In this document: positions 1 through 13,999 of the stretch, one piece after another
Layout: each line of letters opens with the position of its first letter
Position numbering within the stretch: position 1 is the first letter of the stretch
NCBI RefSeq assembly: GCF_006345805.1
Contig: NC_043000.1
Span: 61,132,001 to 61,196,000, forward strand
DNA from: Octopus sinensis
Taxonomy: Eukaryota
Length of the DNA stretch: 64,000 nt
Reading direction: 5' to 3'
Made by a program: the position numbers and the translations under genes
Notes under the pieces: model-generated
The model's database searches: none
What the model was told of the DNA's origin: nothing
What the model saw: the letters and a program-made list of their open reading frames with translations, nothing else

Positions 1-147
1 ACATTCTGAGTTCAAATTCTGCCTAGGTTGACTTTGTGTTTCATCCTTTCTAAGTCGATAAAATAAGCACCAGTTAAAAACTGGGGTCAATGTAATCGAT
101 TTATTCGCCCCTCAAAATTTCTGCCCTTGTGCCCAAATTTGAAACCA
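1..147 (+). mobile_element. SINE, family A (Deu/Nin-like core), 5' cut by window edge
   Basis: TTTCATCCTTTC..GTCGATAAAATAAG..CCAG core shared with 40037, 14040-14425 and 52663. Confidence 0.8.
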
Positions 148-889
148 TTATACGTTTATACATACATTACGTTATTTACACACGTAGACTGCGGCATACA
201 TAAAAAAAAAACATCTGCGGCACAGATAAAACCATGTATATACATATGTTCGTATCTATGTATGAACATTTATATAAAAATGTGCGTGTCTTACACATAA
301 ATCTGATAGATCATTGAATTAATTAAGTGTCGCAGAAATAACCTAAATTAATAATCTCTTTTGATGCTTTAGTTCTACTTTCTGAAACGTTTCAGAACCA
401 AATTTTTGCGTCAATGTTTGATAATCCATACCTCTTTGATCCAGAATACACGTTAATCAATGATTTTAGCTTTCAAGTCAGAAACAGCATGTAATTATAT
501 CAGTATTACTCTATTATTTTAAGAATTTTTCACTGAAATCTATGCTAATGTGGGCTCTGATATTTTTCCATAATTAAGATCAGCTTCGTAATTACCTCCC
601 CTCGCTAAAATGATTTGATAGAGAGATGATGCTTGAATTTTATTATAGTTAGTATTCTTTCGTGGGATTTAAAGGTAACTTCGCTTCGTTGATGAATAAG
701 TAGTAATGAAATAATGGTGGCTTGAAAGAAATTATAATAATAAGGACACTTTAAAGTAAACAGTCAAAAATATTTAGGCATAGGTTGACGTACATATCTA
801 GCTGGCCGACAGGTTCAGGTTCAGTGATAAAGGTATGTCCGTTGACATGTATGTACGGCATATGTATGTATGTAGGTAGATATGTATGT

Positions 890-906
890 ATCTCTATCTA
901 TCTATA

Positions 907-999
<93 letters not shown>

Positions 1000-1000
1000 G
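890..1000. repeat. (TATC)n microsatellite; representative of many (TA)n, (CA)n, (TACA)n, (TATC)n, (CATT)n and (AAT)n tracts across the window
   Basis: Direct reading. Confidence 0.95.
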
Positions 1001-2035
1001 TTTCTTTGTCCGTCTTTGACTGTCGTAATACATTATCATAGAGAGGACCGTGTTTTCGACTCAATGGTATCTTTGTTTCCTTTGGTTGTAGGATGCTTAC
1101 AATGTATGGCAACTTTGAAATCCTGACTTTTATTTCTTGACTTTGAGTGAGGTGACCTTCATACTATGAATTTAGGTCATTTAAGGAATGCTTTTGTGCT
1201 TTATTTGCAATCTATGAATTCAAAGATCTTATTGATTTTATTTAGGTATAATCTAGGTCATGGAATAATGAAACTGTGTCTCGATTTCTTGCAGGCTGTT
1301 AGCGAAGCTGAACAAGACAACTGGATTAGTATGGGAATAAAGAGTTCCTGGATTTATTGATATTTGACTGTTGAAACTCGGTCGAATCTCGTAGCATAAG
1401 TTTAATGAACTTATCCTCAGTAGGGATGTTTCGATACGATCTGCATAGAACACTCCTCTTTGATTAACTTTCATATAGGATCTTCTTATCTGTTCTCAAA
1501 TCTGATCGTCAGGCAAACTGTATCTACCCGTATAGTTACAATTACTTTAAAAATTTAGAAAACAAAATTATAAGTTTCAAACTTGATTAATCTGCAAAAT
1601 ATTTCCCTTAGAATGTAAAGTTTTTCTGAACATATTTAAGGCGTGTTTTAAAATTAATCTGTTACTTTTGTTTCATATTTAATTTGATTATCCTCAAGGT
1701 CTTAATAATTCTGAAAGTATAAATCTATTAATCATATGTCATGTACGATTGTCTTTATGATTATAAATTTGCACAAGGATAGTAAAATATATATCGTGTT
1801 GCATATTTTTTGGGAAATAAAGCTATTTGTTTATTTCTCTTGCCGTTCATATATTTGAAATTTCATTACTTTTTGCCTGAGAATTGATCATATGTTATTA
1901 TTTGAAATTAGTAAGAATAGTCTTTTAAAACTATATCCAAGCTTCTCTGTGTTCATTTGAAATCCTGATAATTACACCCATGATGTTTAGGTACTTCAAA
2001 GTATTCGCTAGTTTAGATGCAATCACGCACCCACG

Positions 2036-2080
<45 letters not shown>

Positions 2081-2103
2081 ATATATGTGTGTGTGTGTGT
2101 GTG

Positions 2104-2334
2104 TATAATTGTTAAAGAGGACAACAAACGTTAAGGCAAGGCAAATATCTGAAGTCATATACACTATTATTATTGGAAGTAATTCAAAGTCTTACAGCTG
2201 TTTTTGGGTTATCCCAAAGTATGGGATATCCCAGAAACAGCTGTAACACTTTGAATTTTTTCCAGTAATAATAATGTATATGACTTGAGATGTTTGCCTT
2301 GCCTTAATGTTTGTTGTCCTCTTTAACAATTATA
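2104..2334. repeat. Imperfect palindrome, 113-bp arms, 5-nt spacer, containing the 3' half of a minimal hammerhead
   Basis: 2104-2216 vs 2222-2334 show ~10 substitutions and no indels. The right arm begins TGGGATATCCCA-GAAACAGCTGTA. Confidence 0.9.
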
Positions 2335-2549
2335 TATCCGCTATATCGGAAATATGCAATGGCTACATAACTACCGTCTCAGCTGTAACCTTGGAGTCCT
2401 ATTAATCCGTTACAACACCTACCGTACCTATTCGTTTAGATCACCTTAGGACTAAGCCCCCATACTTTGTGTATATATATATGTATATATATATGTATAT
2501 ATAGACACACACATGTATATACTCTCTCACACACATACATATATATATA

Positions 2550-2613
<64 letters not shown>

Positions 2614-5600
2614 ATATACATATATGTGCGTGTATGTGGTGGGGTACATTCACATATATCACAGATGTGCCATTGCTCTGAAATTCTAAGGTATTTAATT
2701 ACCGTTCACACTACAAAATGCTTCATTCAACTGATATTGGTAACATATTAATAAGAATACATACAAACAAATTTTCTTTTATATTTGGTACAAAATATAA
2801 CAAACTTCGGATTAGTTTGCATTATTGATGGTTTAGATTTAAATATTCATTTAAAATATACGTATAAGTTAGATATTTGAAGTTTTCGAAGCCTCATTGT
2901 AAACAGATGTACAGAGTGAAGATAGAGAAGCTAGAATGTTTTGTGTGTTATGAATATCAGAAATATTTCCTTAAAAAGATATTGCTCTTTGTGAATAGAA
3001 TTATGTTATTAATATTGTAATTCAATTTTCAAAGAAACTAAAGTTTTTCTATTGTAAATTGATTGCTATAATTTTCAATTGGATTTCCATTTCTAAATAT
3101 TTATTGGAAAAATAGCAAGCCAGGTGCATTTTGCTCTGTCTTACGTATGAGAACAGAGTTATATAAAACGCTAGTGTGTTTATTAACAATATAGATATCG
3201 AAGAAGCGGGTATTCTGTCACGCAAACTATTCTTGCTCTTTGTTATCAGCAATTTCATATTACATTTTAAAAGATTCTGCTCCCCGGTTAATAAGTATCA
3301 ATTTCTTTGCTAATTTTATCTGCATTTTCTGTAACGTAGATTTAGCAACAATTTTGCATAGGTAGTAATATCAATCTAACAATTTGCCTTGCATTAGTGC
3401 ACTTTACAATATTCCGACTTCAGAATTTGATAGATAAAAACAGCAGCCTATTCATATCGGACGAAGATAAGAATTTCACTCTAGAATTCTTACTTAAACA
3501 CACACACACACACGCACCATATGCACGCCTGCGCGCATTCAATTTAATGAAGGATATTTGTACGGCTCAGTCAGAGGAAGAAAAACAACACACTTAAATT
3601 TTGCAGAACCTTTGAGAATGGAATGTGGATGGGAGGAAATAAACAACTCAAGAGTTTCTGAATTAGGAAGTAGTGAATACACTTATTTCTCCCCAGGGTA
3701 GACTCCATAAAAAGCGGTCAGACCCAAATGGTGGTGTTAAACAGCGTAACAAATTAGGCCTATCTCGATCAGTATATGTTTTTCGTTATAAAAGCAACAA
3801 TTATCAATTTTTAAATGAGGGATTGTGAAATTGCGATGTTGATGCCTTTCAGGAAGAAGACACCGACATCACAATTTCACATTACAAACCTTCTTCTTCA
3901 TCGTATGATGTGTGAGGTTTTTTTCATTATTCTTGTCAACATATATAAGCAATGTGGCTAATTAGCATTTTACTTTTGATAAGAAATAACTACATTTATA
4001 CTGAAAGCAACAGTCAGTGAATGAGTTGGCTCAAGTCCATTAAGATAATTTTAATGATTCCATTTAGCTGAAAGTCAATGTGGGCATTGGTTACAGGAGT
4101 TTGAGGCAACACATGAGATAAAACAAATGCCATAACTTGCCTGTTCTCAGATGCCAAACATCAAAATTCATTTTACTGATTTATAACTTAGCAAAAAACC
4201 ACAGCATACAGAGACTATGATTTAGTCAACTTAATCGATCCCACTATGTAAGTCTAACATGTTTGAAAACTCAAAGATAACCTCTATTGGATTTGAATTC
4301 AGAATTTAGAGAAATGATCTGCGCTGTGACATTTCTGCAACACCTTTTAATGTTAACGAATATTAGTGATACTAGTGATGAATACCGACAAGTAAGAAAC
4401 TCATTACTAAGAAGAAACTGACACACACTCTAGAATCTCAGTTTAAGGAATTCCAGTCCAGTTCACGGTTTGGTTGACCTTGCTTTTAATCTCTCAATGT
4501 GGGGTCCAGGAAGAAATACTATTAATTTTCGTGTCGATTTAATTGACTGCTTCTTTCTTCTCTGCAAAATATTTGCTTTGTAATTCGTTGCCAAATAAAC
4601 GAATTGTTGATAATACCATTTAACACTTAAATAATCAGAAACAATGACAAGTAATATTAGTGCCAATCAAAATTCTAAAACAAATCATTTCGTTGGGAAG
4701 AAGAAAACTGTTGAGTTAAAGTAATTGGTTAGTTAAGTTGATGATATAAAAATTCCTTTCCACCAACTATAATCTCTTTACTCAGGCATAGTAACACAAA
4801 TAAACAACTGTTTAATCAAAAGAATGATTATGTTAAATATTTCGGCATGCGGCTCAACAGATATGTGTTATAGAAGGTTAATAAAGAGGTTATGCGTGCT
4901 TATTCCACTTAATCCACTTGTAGTAAACATCACAAATCATCATGTGTTGATTTGTGTCAAGAATATATCGGAATATAAAATTCCTAGAGAGATCAGTAGT
5001 TCTGAAATTGTAGATCGTTAAAGTTTTCATAAATGGTTTATGAATGCAAATTTGGTTTGACGCTTTTGCAATCTAGCATCCAATAAATATCTATTTAATG
5101 CTTTTGGAGAAAAATTCCTTTTTTCTCACAACGTACTGAGCCAGTTTCTAGAATCTTCAGAACAATTAGTATCCACTACAAGTGCGGAAAATTAAATCGA
5201 CTAATTGGCATCTCTTTCTTTTGCTTTCATAGTGTACCTTGTTTTATCCAGCCGCACGAGGTCACAGGCACATGCACACATTCACACACATAATGAACAC
5301 GCACATAATTCACACACATATAGTTTAGCTGGAATTTTGATATATACAGTTATTGTTAACCTGTATCCATATGTAAGTTTATAAGTATTTTTTTAAAACT
5401 CAGGTACACCATATGGTTTCCAATTAGCCTGCAATATAAAATGATGTTACAATATAAAATGATGTTCATTAACGCCGAAAGAAAAAATATAAAAATAGGT
5501 AAGTCGTTTAAATAGATACCTAACCTAATGCTTACTAGCTTATCTCAACTCCAAAATACATTGATATTCTACTATAAAATAAACAAGACAAGAAACAAGG

Positions 5601-6039
5601 AAAACATGAAAACATGCATAATAAAAATAAAATTTTGGGAGAACGCTATATTTTGAAGGATATCTTACCAGCGTCTGTTTAAGATATACAATTTAAGTTT
5701 ATTATAATCTCGAAGTTGTATGCTTAACTTGATACGAGGAAGAAAGAAATATATCCATGTTTTTTTTTTTTTAAAAACGAAACAATAAAATCATTAAAAA
5801 GATATGGCCGTAATGTCAGTGTTTTAAGCTGAAGGGTTGTACTGAAAGTAACGTAAAGGCGAGCATAACTTTTTTATTAACTAACTTTGGTCGTTCAAAT
5901 TGTGCATGTTATACAAATGTATTACTCAACATAGTTTCCATTACAAGCAGTGAATTTGTCTCATCGTTAAACTCAACTCTAGAATCCTCTTTGAAAAAAA
6001 ATCAAGTCTGATCTTGTAACCACTCCATGTAACCACTTC

Positions 6040-6420
6040 ACAGTCACATTCAACTCGTTTTTGTCATCCATTGATCAACTTGCTTTGCCTGTTGACAGAT
6101 TTGTTTCAAAGATGTATGTAGTTGCACATCATCATGGTAAGTGTAGATCGCTTTCATGTTCTTTTTCGGCCTCTTCTTCCTAACGGCTTTTCTAATCCTC
6201 TTAAGTGTCTCAATGTACCGTTCGCTGTTCACAGTACAGCTGCGTTTCAGGAAATAAAGGAGAACGATGCCCATGTCCTTTTTCAAAATTACCAGCATGA
6301 CTTTCTATGCCCATCTTAACTTTAACTGGCTCTTTAACCATTCCATGAACTAAGCCGGGTCATAAAGATACGCTCATGTTTTATCCTCCGTCACCAAGTT
6401 TGGAACTAATGAAACGTTGG
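6040..6420 (-). pseudogene. Decayed mariner (DD34D-type) transposase fragment
   Basis: Translations VTEDKT*AYLYDP (cf. VTGDETWVYHYDP) and GIVLLYFLKRSCTVNSERYIETLKRIRKAVRKKRP..YHDDVQLHTS (cf. HDNARPHTS). Confidence 0.8.
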
Positions 6421-8676
6421 CCTCGCCAATATTTGAACCGAGAACAGAAAGTTATGTAGATAAAAATATCACTAGGTATTTTGTCTATCACTCTACTTTT
6501 CCATGAAATATTTGAATCTCTAACAAAATCATTTGGATACTGCCAAATGGTTTAAGGAAAATTGGCGCATTCCCAAGTATTTTATTAAATGTAATATCTA
6601 TTTCAGCAAAGAGTACAATCAGGATTTACAATCTAATACATGACTTTATAGTGCTTTATGTTGTTAGGTGTAAAATGGCACGTTGTTTTTGAGCTTTATT
6701 TGTATTTTTCAGAGTATAATATTGAATGTTTGTTCGTATAGCTTACGAAATTGTGAACAGGTAATTATATTGAAGGATGCAATTAAGGAAAGGAATACAT
6801 AAAACCCACTATACTCTACCATAAAACCAACTATACGCCAGTAATGATATTAAAATGTTATCGTTTTTGTAGTATAAATTTGCACCATCTGTATTCTTTA
6901 AAAAGAAAATATTTAAAAGCCTTCATTTTCATACGGTAATTACACTTACATAATTAGATCTTGGATGTTAGCTGAGAGCAATAAAAGAATTCTGGTCAAG
7001 ACATCAACTTCCTTCGAATGTTCGAATAGATTTCACGAAATTAATCTGGTATGGTATTCTCGACACCATTTTGCCTTAATTTGATATTATTTGCTCGTTG
7101 CTCTTTCTTTTTGATAATAACATTTTCAAGAACGTTATTATGTTTTGGTTTTCTCCTTGTTATGTTGTAAAATCAGTCTTAGAGACATAATTTAACAGTT
7201 TAGCATCAAGCATGTTTTATCTTATAAAGATAAAGACATTACAATTGGAAACTGTGAACCTAATACTGTTATCATTTTCCCAATATTATCTAGAAAAAAA
7301 AAAAAGAAATTCGGTTCAAATTATTTACCTATCACTGAATGATACATGTCAATGCAGTTAACAGAAAATATTGACGATGGAATATATTATATTATATAGA
7401 CGAAGGAAGTTTTAATAATCTTTTCTACTTCCATCATTTATTTAATTTTTCACAAGCAATATATTCTGGTATCTTAAGAAACTTAGATTAATCATAGAAT
7501 TATAAGCTTAGGTTCTATACCAACTAATATTTCAATGAATTTTCATCTAGATTTAAGATACTAAATAGAAGCTACATTTTGTTGCCAAGAGACGTCTCTA
7601 TCTCGCTTTGCAATAACGAAAAAGATAAAGCAAATATATTAATACATTCTTCTCATTTATTTCTGAAGGCAAAATAGCTGGCGGCTGCATTCATTCTAGT
7701 TGGTTATATCAGAATATTTACTGATACACCATCTTCTGTGGATACAGACTGAATTATTTGTTAATTAAGATATTTTCTTTCTCATTTTTAAATTTGAATC
7801 ACAAAAGCTAACTTGTTCAGTAGAACATTCTGAATACCTTAGAATAGAGTTCTGTCATGAAGAATCATATTTGATTATTTATCAGCCTGCCAGTGACATT
7901 GCGGCAGTTTTCGTAGTTACTTTCTTTATCATCAGTTATTGCGACTTCTCTCATTCATTCATTCATTCATTCATTCATTCATTCATTCATTCATTCATTC
8001 ATTCATTCATTCATTCATTCGTCTATTTTGATTCTGATTGAATAAGATACTTTCTGGAGGTTTTCACTGAATTGTTTCTTTTTTCGTGATTCGAATATTG
8101 CTGTATTTACCAATTTACTATTTCATTTGACGGTCGACCTATTAATCCTCAAAGGAAAATACAATAAATTGAAATTAATTTAGTACAGGCATAGCTGTAT
8201 GATTAAGAAGTTTGTTGCTTAACAATGTGGTGGTAGTTTTGATAGCACTGCGTAACGCTTTGGAAAATCATCATATACTAGGACTATGGGTTAAACAACG
8301 CTTCGTGGGTGCCTTGGGAATATATTTTTCTGGACATACATACATGCATGCATACATACATTCATATGTATGAAGAATCTAGAGCTGATCTATCCAGATA
8401 GCAAGTTCAGGTTTATACGTGTAATTATTGGAGCACTGTGATATGTAACACGCTGTCTAAATACCAATCTTGAGAAATTAGGCATCTCAAATCCAGAAAG
8501 GAGAAAGTTAATGCGAAGACTACAGATCCAAGCCACCACGAGAACTATTAAAATCTGTAAAACTTACCAGATGTTTATCATTTAAAAATATATGCGCAGG
8601 TCTAGACATGCAGCTATATGCATGAGAATACATACATAAAAAAAAACATACAATTCTGCAGATATACATACATACA

Positions 8677-8712
<36 letters not shown>

Positions 8713-8732
8713 TATATACATATATATATTCA

Positions 8733-8800
8733 TGCGGTGCCCTAGCATGGCCACAGCTCGTGAGCTGAAACTAGATAAAATAAAATAAAAAATAAAAATA
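8733..8800 (+). mobile_element. SINE 3' tail fragment (second copy at 12270-12330)
   Basis: CGGTGCCC(T/C)AGCATGGCCACAGC..GTGAGCTGAAACTAGATAAAATAAAA at both loci. Confidence 0.6.
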
Positions 8801-8851
8801 ATATATATATACCGTATATATATATGTATATATATATGTGTATATTGTATA

Positions 8852-8884
<33 letters not shown>

Positions 8885-9078
8885 ATATATATGCATATAA
8901 GTATATATGTATATATATATATGACCACATGCTTTGTATTGTTGTTATTGGATCAGCGAACAATTAAGAGAACGGAACCTAGTGTTAAACCCCGCTTTCC
9001 CGGGAATTACCGGGTACTACATCAACTTGTATGTATGTATAATATATATATATATATTTTATTTATTATATAGAAGGA

Positions 9079-9127
9079 GCTTCTACAGGACTAGTACTGT
9101 TTCATTCAAGAGAAATCTTCAGGAAGC
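9079..9127 (-). ncRNA. Mirror copy of the 9132-9180 hammerhead-like motif
   Basis: Left arm of a perfect palindrome; exact reverse complement of 9132-9180. Confidence 0.55.
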
Positions 9128-9131
9128 TCCT

Positions 9132-9180
9132 GCTTCCTGAAGATTTCTCTTGAATGAAACAGTACTAGTCCTGTAGAAGC
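9132..9180 (+). ncRNA. Hammerhead-like motif (GUA triplet, U.U at 10.1/11.1)
   Basis: Stem I GCTTC/GAAGC; CTGAAGA 9137-43; stem II TTC-TCTT-GAA closed by a U.U mismatch; GAAA 9156-59; stem III ACAG/CTGT with loop TACTAGTC; GTA ends at 9175. Confidence 0.6.
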
Positions 9181-9263
9181 TCCTTCTATATAATAAATTA
9201 ATTTTACTCTGCTATGTATTGAGTACCTTACTTACTGTGGTTAACCCCGGATCAACCCGGACC

Positions 9264-9323
<60 letters not shown>

Positions 9324-10029
9324 CATACAAGTTGATGTAGTACCCGGTAATTCCCGGGAAAGCGGGGTTTAACACTAGGTTCCGTTCTCTTAATTGTTCG
9401 CTGATCCAATAACAACAATACAAAGCATGTAGCCCATAGAACAATTTTTGTGCATTTATAGAGAACAGCTAACTATCTTACACAGGATCTTGTTTTTAGG
9501 AATTCCTAATAAGTTATGAAAACCCAAATTGCGAAGTCAGTTATGTAATAACATGAAATTAGTTAACCGATAGTAAGAATTCAAATAAAGTAGCTCCGAA
9601 AAGGACTGTAATACGTTCCCAGAGAACATACTAATAAGGTATGTATATTAAAATCGTGAAGCATATTACGTAATGACGGGCTAATCAGATATGACGGGCT
9701 AATCAGATATTCAAAGTAAATAACTCTAAAAAGGGATTTTGTCCATTCCCAGGGAATATTGCCCTCAGTGGCGCTAATGTTGGTATATTCGTGAATAAGT
9801 CACTAACCGAAATAAGTGGATCTATTGTTTAGGAAAATACTATTTACTTGTTTAAGTTTTGTACAGGATAAATTGCGAAAATAATTCTAACAGTTCAAAT
9901 ATTAAGAAATAAGCATACTCAATTTCCTTTTTACCAAATAATTGAGGAAAATGAATGGGTTATTTCCCGTGGCTATATATAAGGATCCCTTCCAGAGGCG
10001 AATGGGTTATTTACCCTTGGTTTTTAAAT

Positions 10030-10235
10030 TAAAATCTATTAGATATAAACAAGGATCCATTCCAGGGGCCCTATTATCAATTTTTAACAATCTGAGTATG
10101 TCTTGAGGTTTCCAGGCATGTGTTCTACTCACTTGTCAAATTTCATCAAAATCGATAAAATGATGTAGGAGGAGTTAGCTAACAACTCCACAAACGCACC
10201 CACTGACAGAATTTCCCACATATGTATTAGATATA
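10030..10235 (+). mobile_element. Possible non-autonomous Helitron/Helentron-like end
   Basis: AAATTTCATCAAAATCG..GGAGGAGTT..GACAGA..TATTAGATA resembles recalled 3' ends of such elements; motif resemblance only. Confidence 0.3.
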
Positions 10236-11639
10236 TCTATATATATTAGTGTATTGTGCCGAAAAAATATATTGTGGCATTTAAACCACTCATTTACCAC
10301 CTTGATGTTGAGTTTGCCATTCAATAAATAGAAACCGATATAATAATCCGCCAGATATAGTACTGAGATTGACCAAATCTACTAATACGCTCAAAGACAC
10401 TGTCCCAGCGTAACCTCATTTCAAAGACAAAATAATAGCATAATATAAGAATGTGGTAAATAGAATACACGTTTATGGTAGTTACTGTTTAAGTTGGAAT
10501 TGTGTAAATAGATAACCATGAAGGTTCGAATATTACTTTTTCTTTATTGAAATAGATAGTGGTAGCATTAAATTAATATTTGTTTCCAAGTCAAAAATGT
10601 CCTTATCGTACCCTGATACACAGCGAATTCAATATCTATATGTGTATTTCCGCGGTTGACTGATTCTAAAACACTAATTAACCAGATTAAGTTAATAAAG
10701 CGTATAGAGACGAATAAATATTTCTGTATTTAGATATTTCTATCTATAGCACGATTTTATCAAGTAAATAGTTGACATTTCTAGAAAGAAAACACTTTTT
10801 ATGGCAATCGCATTTATTTTGGAAACTTTTGGTGTTTCAGGATTCCATGCGATTCAGTAGCTAATGCTATTTTTTTCCGCAGTTGGAAAAAGCTGCAGAA
10901 AACTTAGCGAAATTCTGTACAAACTGATTTTTTTACAAATTCGTTTAAAGTTTATTCTTATGGAATAGCTAAGATCAATAGCAATGTTTTTATAGGGTCG
11001 AGTCGACAAATATACCTGTTCTTTACAAAATTTGGCTAGCATCTACGTCGTAGAAAATCAATGATTTTATGGTCTACAATATTTTCTAACTTCTATATAC
11101 CTGGGAATGACTGATCGTGAATAATTTTTGTGTGTTGCTGCTGTTGTACCGGAATCAATTCATTCAACCAAAAACTCCCGAAAGCGGTACAATTACAGCC
11201 CAGTGACTCGTTTGTTATGTATCTTCATTTCCTCCTCTTTCTTTGGCATACTGTCTATCGTTGAAATGTTTGCCAGTTTGATAAATTGAGTTTTCCCACA
11301 TTGACTAGAAAATTATAGTCGCTTTAACTCTCAGTATTGAGTCTCTCCATTAGCAAATGTTCTATTATAATTCTGAAACCAGCTTTAAAATACTAGTCTT
11401 ATTTAACACACATACACGCATATTAAATAAAGTTATGTGGGGGCTATGTCAGCCTAATGTCTAATAGAAGCAAATAAAAGAAAAATATACTGAAGTACTA
11501 CTCATATCAAGAAAATACCAGCTCATCACATTCTTTCTAAACATGTCTGGCTCTCAGAGCCCTCATAGACGTTTTTCATGCTGAGCATCATCATTATCTA
11601 AGACATCTCTCGGGGAAAGTACATTCTAAGCATAGCTAT

Positions 11640-11960
11640 GACCACATCCTATTGACTGGTTTTCCTCTTTAGGATCAAAAAATATTTCTACTCCATTAGC
11701 TACTGACATTCAAAGGAAATCCACAATGGAGCACTGTGCCCAGGTGTGGGACGTTGTTGCTGCGACTTACACAGACATCCAGAGAAAGTCCTCTCAACCG
11801 ATTGCTATTCAATCAACAACGCACACATCCAGCCTTTGCACCACATGCGTATTATCGCCCTCTTTACTTTTTCTATCGCTATTATAATGGCCTCTGCCTC
11901 CCGGAGCTACCTTGTCTTGTATCTCTAGCACTCGAGCACTCCGATATATTTGTCTCTCAC
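11640..11960 (+). pseudogene. Jockey/CR1-group LINE RT C-terminal remnant
   Basis: Frame-shifted GFLFRIKKYF, MEHCAQVWD, IQRK and LYFFYRYYNGLCLPEL match downstream-of-RT motifs of these LINEs (from recalled consensus). Confidence 0.65.
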
Positions 11961-12173
11961 TCTCTCGCCACTCTTGTTGTGTCCAACTACGTTAGCCCCC
12001 CACAAACCATTATGACCAGTCCTTTTCCACCAGTCCTGTCCATGTCTTTCTTGCAGGTATTGATTTGCAATACTTTAAACGGAATATTAATGTCATCAAG
12101 CTCACCGGTCTTGGAGACCTTGCAAAAGTCACGAACTCGACCTCCACCAGACACGAGAAGTAAATAAAAAAAA

Positions 12174-12270
<97 letters not shown>

Positions 12271-12849
12271 GGCGGTGCCCCAGCATGGCCACAGCGCGTG
12301 AGCTGAAACTAGATAAAATAAAAAAAAATATATATGTATTATATACATGTACATATATACACGTACACATACAAACTCACAAGCGTACATTTATATTTGA
12401 TACCCTGGAAACACGGAGTCCACAACTACTTTATAGTAAGGTATAGATGAGATTTAAAAATGCTCTATTACCAATACAGGAATACTGAATAATAAAATGA
12501 AATATAATGCGTTTTATGATAGCTTAGTCTAGCAAATAAATGAAAGCATTTATTTCATTCTCATTCCTCTGAGGTTCGTCTTGTTCGCAAAAAGCATGGC
12601 TTATATGAATACAAAACAATTATTTTGGCTTTTATCTTATGTATCACATGTTGTATTGGTACATTTATTCAGGTTTTCATTCTCAGATCTCCTATTCCAT
12701 ATTATGGACACGTTGATGTGATTCATATTATAGCAAAAGATGAAATAGTAAACATCAAGGTGTAGCTGCTATTACACTCTGACCGGATTTGATTTACAAT
12801 TACAATAAGTTTCAATTACAGTAAGTTTTACATATGGCTTTATTATTTA

Positions 12850-13330
12850 CATCATGAGGTATCGCCAGTCCTCTGTAAGCTAAATACCAAGGGACGCCAG
12901 GTTTGTTGTGCTGTTCTTATACATTCACAAATCTAAGTCCTTCCAATCCTTTAACCAACCACGTAATTCTTGTAATTTTTTCTCCCATTCCTCCCAATTA
13001 TTTTGTCTTCTAGTTACTTTCTCTGCAAACCATTTTATTCTAATTCAGTATTCCAAATATTTTATCGTTCTTCCTTTGATGATGTCTAAAAAGTTTCTAT
13101 TTAGTTTTTGCCTGTTTTTGTACTTCATTGGTTTGTGTACTGTCCGTGATATTCTCAAAAGTCTTTTATACGCCCACATCACAAAAGCTTGTATTGCATT
13201 TAATAGTAATTTTGTTAATATCCACGTTTCAGCTCTATGTATTAGAGTGGACCATACATAATATTTCAATAATATTTTCTGGTTTTATATTAGTATTATT
13301 TGATGTCTGCTTAACATTTTTAAAATTATT
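12850..13330 (-). pseudogene. RTE-clade LINE RT C-terminal remnant
   Basis: YVWSTLIHRAETWILTK..AIQAFVMWAYKRLLRISRT..IIKGRTIKYLEY (cf. YVWSVLLYGSETW..EAFEMWCYRRMLKISW). Confidence 0.8.
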
Positions 13331-13999
13331 TTCTAGCTATCACAAATTTTTCTTTGTTTCTGTCTCACATTACTCATTTTCTGATTGCATCTACTTCTGC
13401 TATATGATCTTTGATGCCAGTTCTATTGCTGATTCCTCCAGATATTTGGTTAAGAACTTCGCTTCGTAATCACGTCGTGTATGGTTCAGTCCTGTTGCGT
13501 GGCACTTGCGCATGTGTCTTCTATTACAGTGCCAGTTGGCCAATGGCTTATTGGTAAATTTGATAGAAAGAAACTATTTAAAACCTATCATATGTGCGAA
13601 TGAATGTATGTGTAGTTGTATATATGTATGTGTATGTTTCAGTGCGCGTGCACGTGTGTATATGTGTGCGTACGTGTTCATACCTTAGTGGTTTGGCTGA
13701 AAAAGATCAAAAGTTTACGTACCAGAATTAAAATAAGTTCTAGGTTTGATCTGTTTCATCAAACCCTTCAAGATGGTGCCCCACTATGCCCCTAGTTCAA
13801 TCACTGAAACAAGTGAAAGTATAAAGGATATCCATTTTCATTCGAGTGGACTTTCATTTATCATTAGCTTTGATTACGAAATTACAAGCAGTATTGTCTG
13901 TATATATAAAGTTCTTGATCTTCAATTGCTTTGTATAATTTATAAACATTTTGATTTATATAAAGGCCGCTTTCACATATGTTTCTCTGGTTAAATATT

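Larger units (their letters stand above)
9061..9198. repeat. Perfect palindrome, 67-bp arms, 4-nt loop
   Basis: 9061-9127 is the reverse complement of 9132-9198; loop TCCT. Confidence 0.95.
8927..9430. repeat. Outer inverted repeat, ~114-bp arms (8927-9040 / 9317-9430), enclosing (AT)n tracts and the inner palindrome
   Basis: ACATGCTTTGTATTG...CAACTTGTATGTATGT matches its reverse complement. The ORF track gives the same peptide YCCYWISEQLRERNLV on both strands. Confidence 0.95.

Noticed and set aside
1385-1420. Minus-strand CTGAGGA followed by the hairpin TAAGTT/AACTTA
   Set aside because: No GAAA directly after the hairpin.
5131-5165. Minus-strand CTGAAGA-TTCTA-GAAACTGGCTCAGTA
   Set aside because: No stem II and no stem I pairing; the region may instead be a decayed transposase (LETGSV), which is too weak to call.
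9673-9708. 18-bp tandem duplication ATGACGGGCTAATCAGAT (a similar one lies near 5435-5470)
   Set aside because: Ordinary slippage-type duplication.
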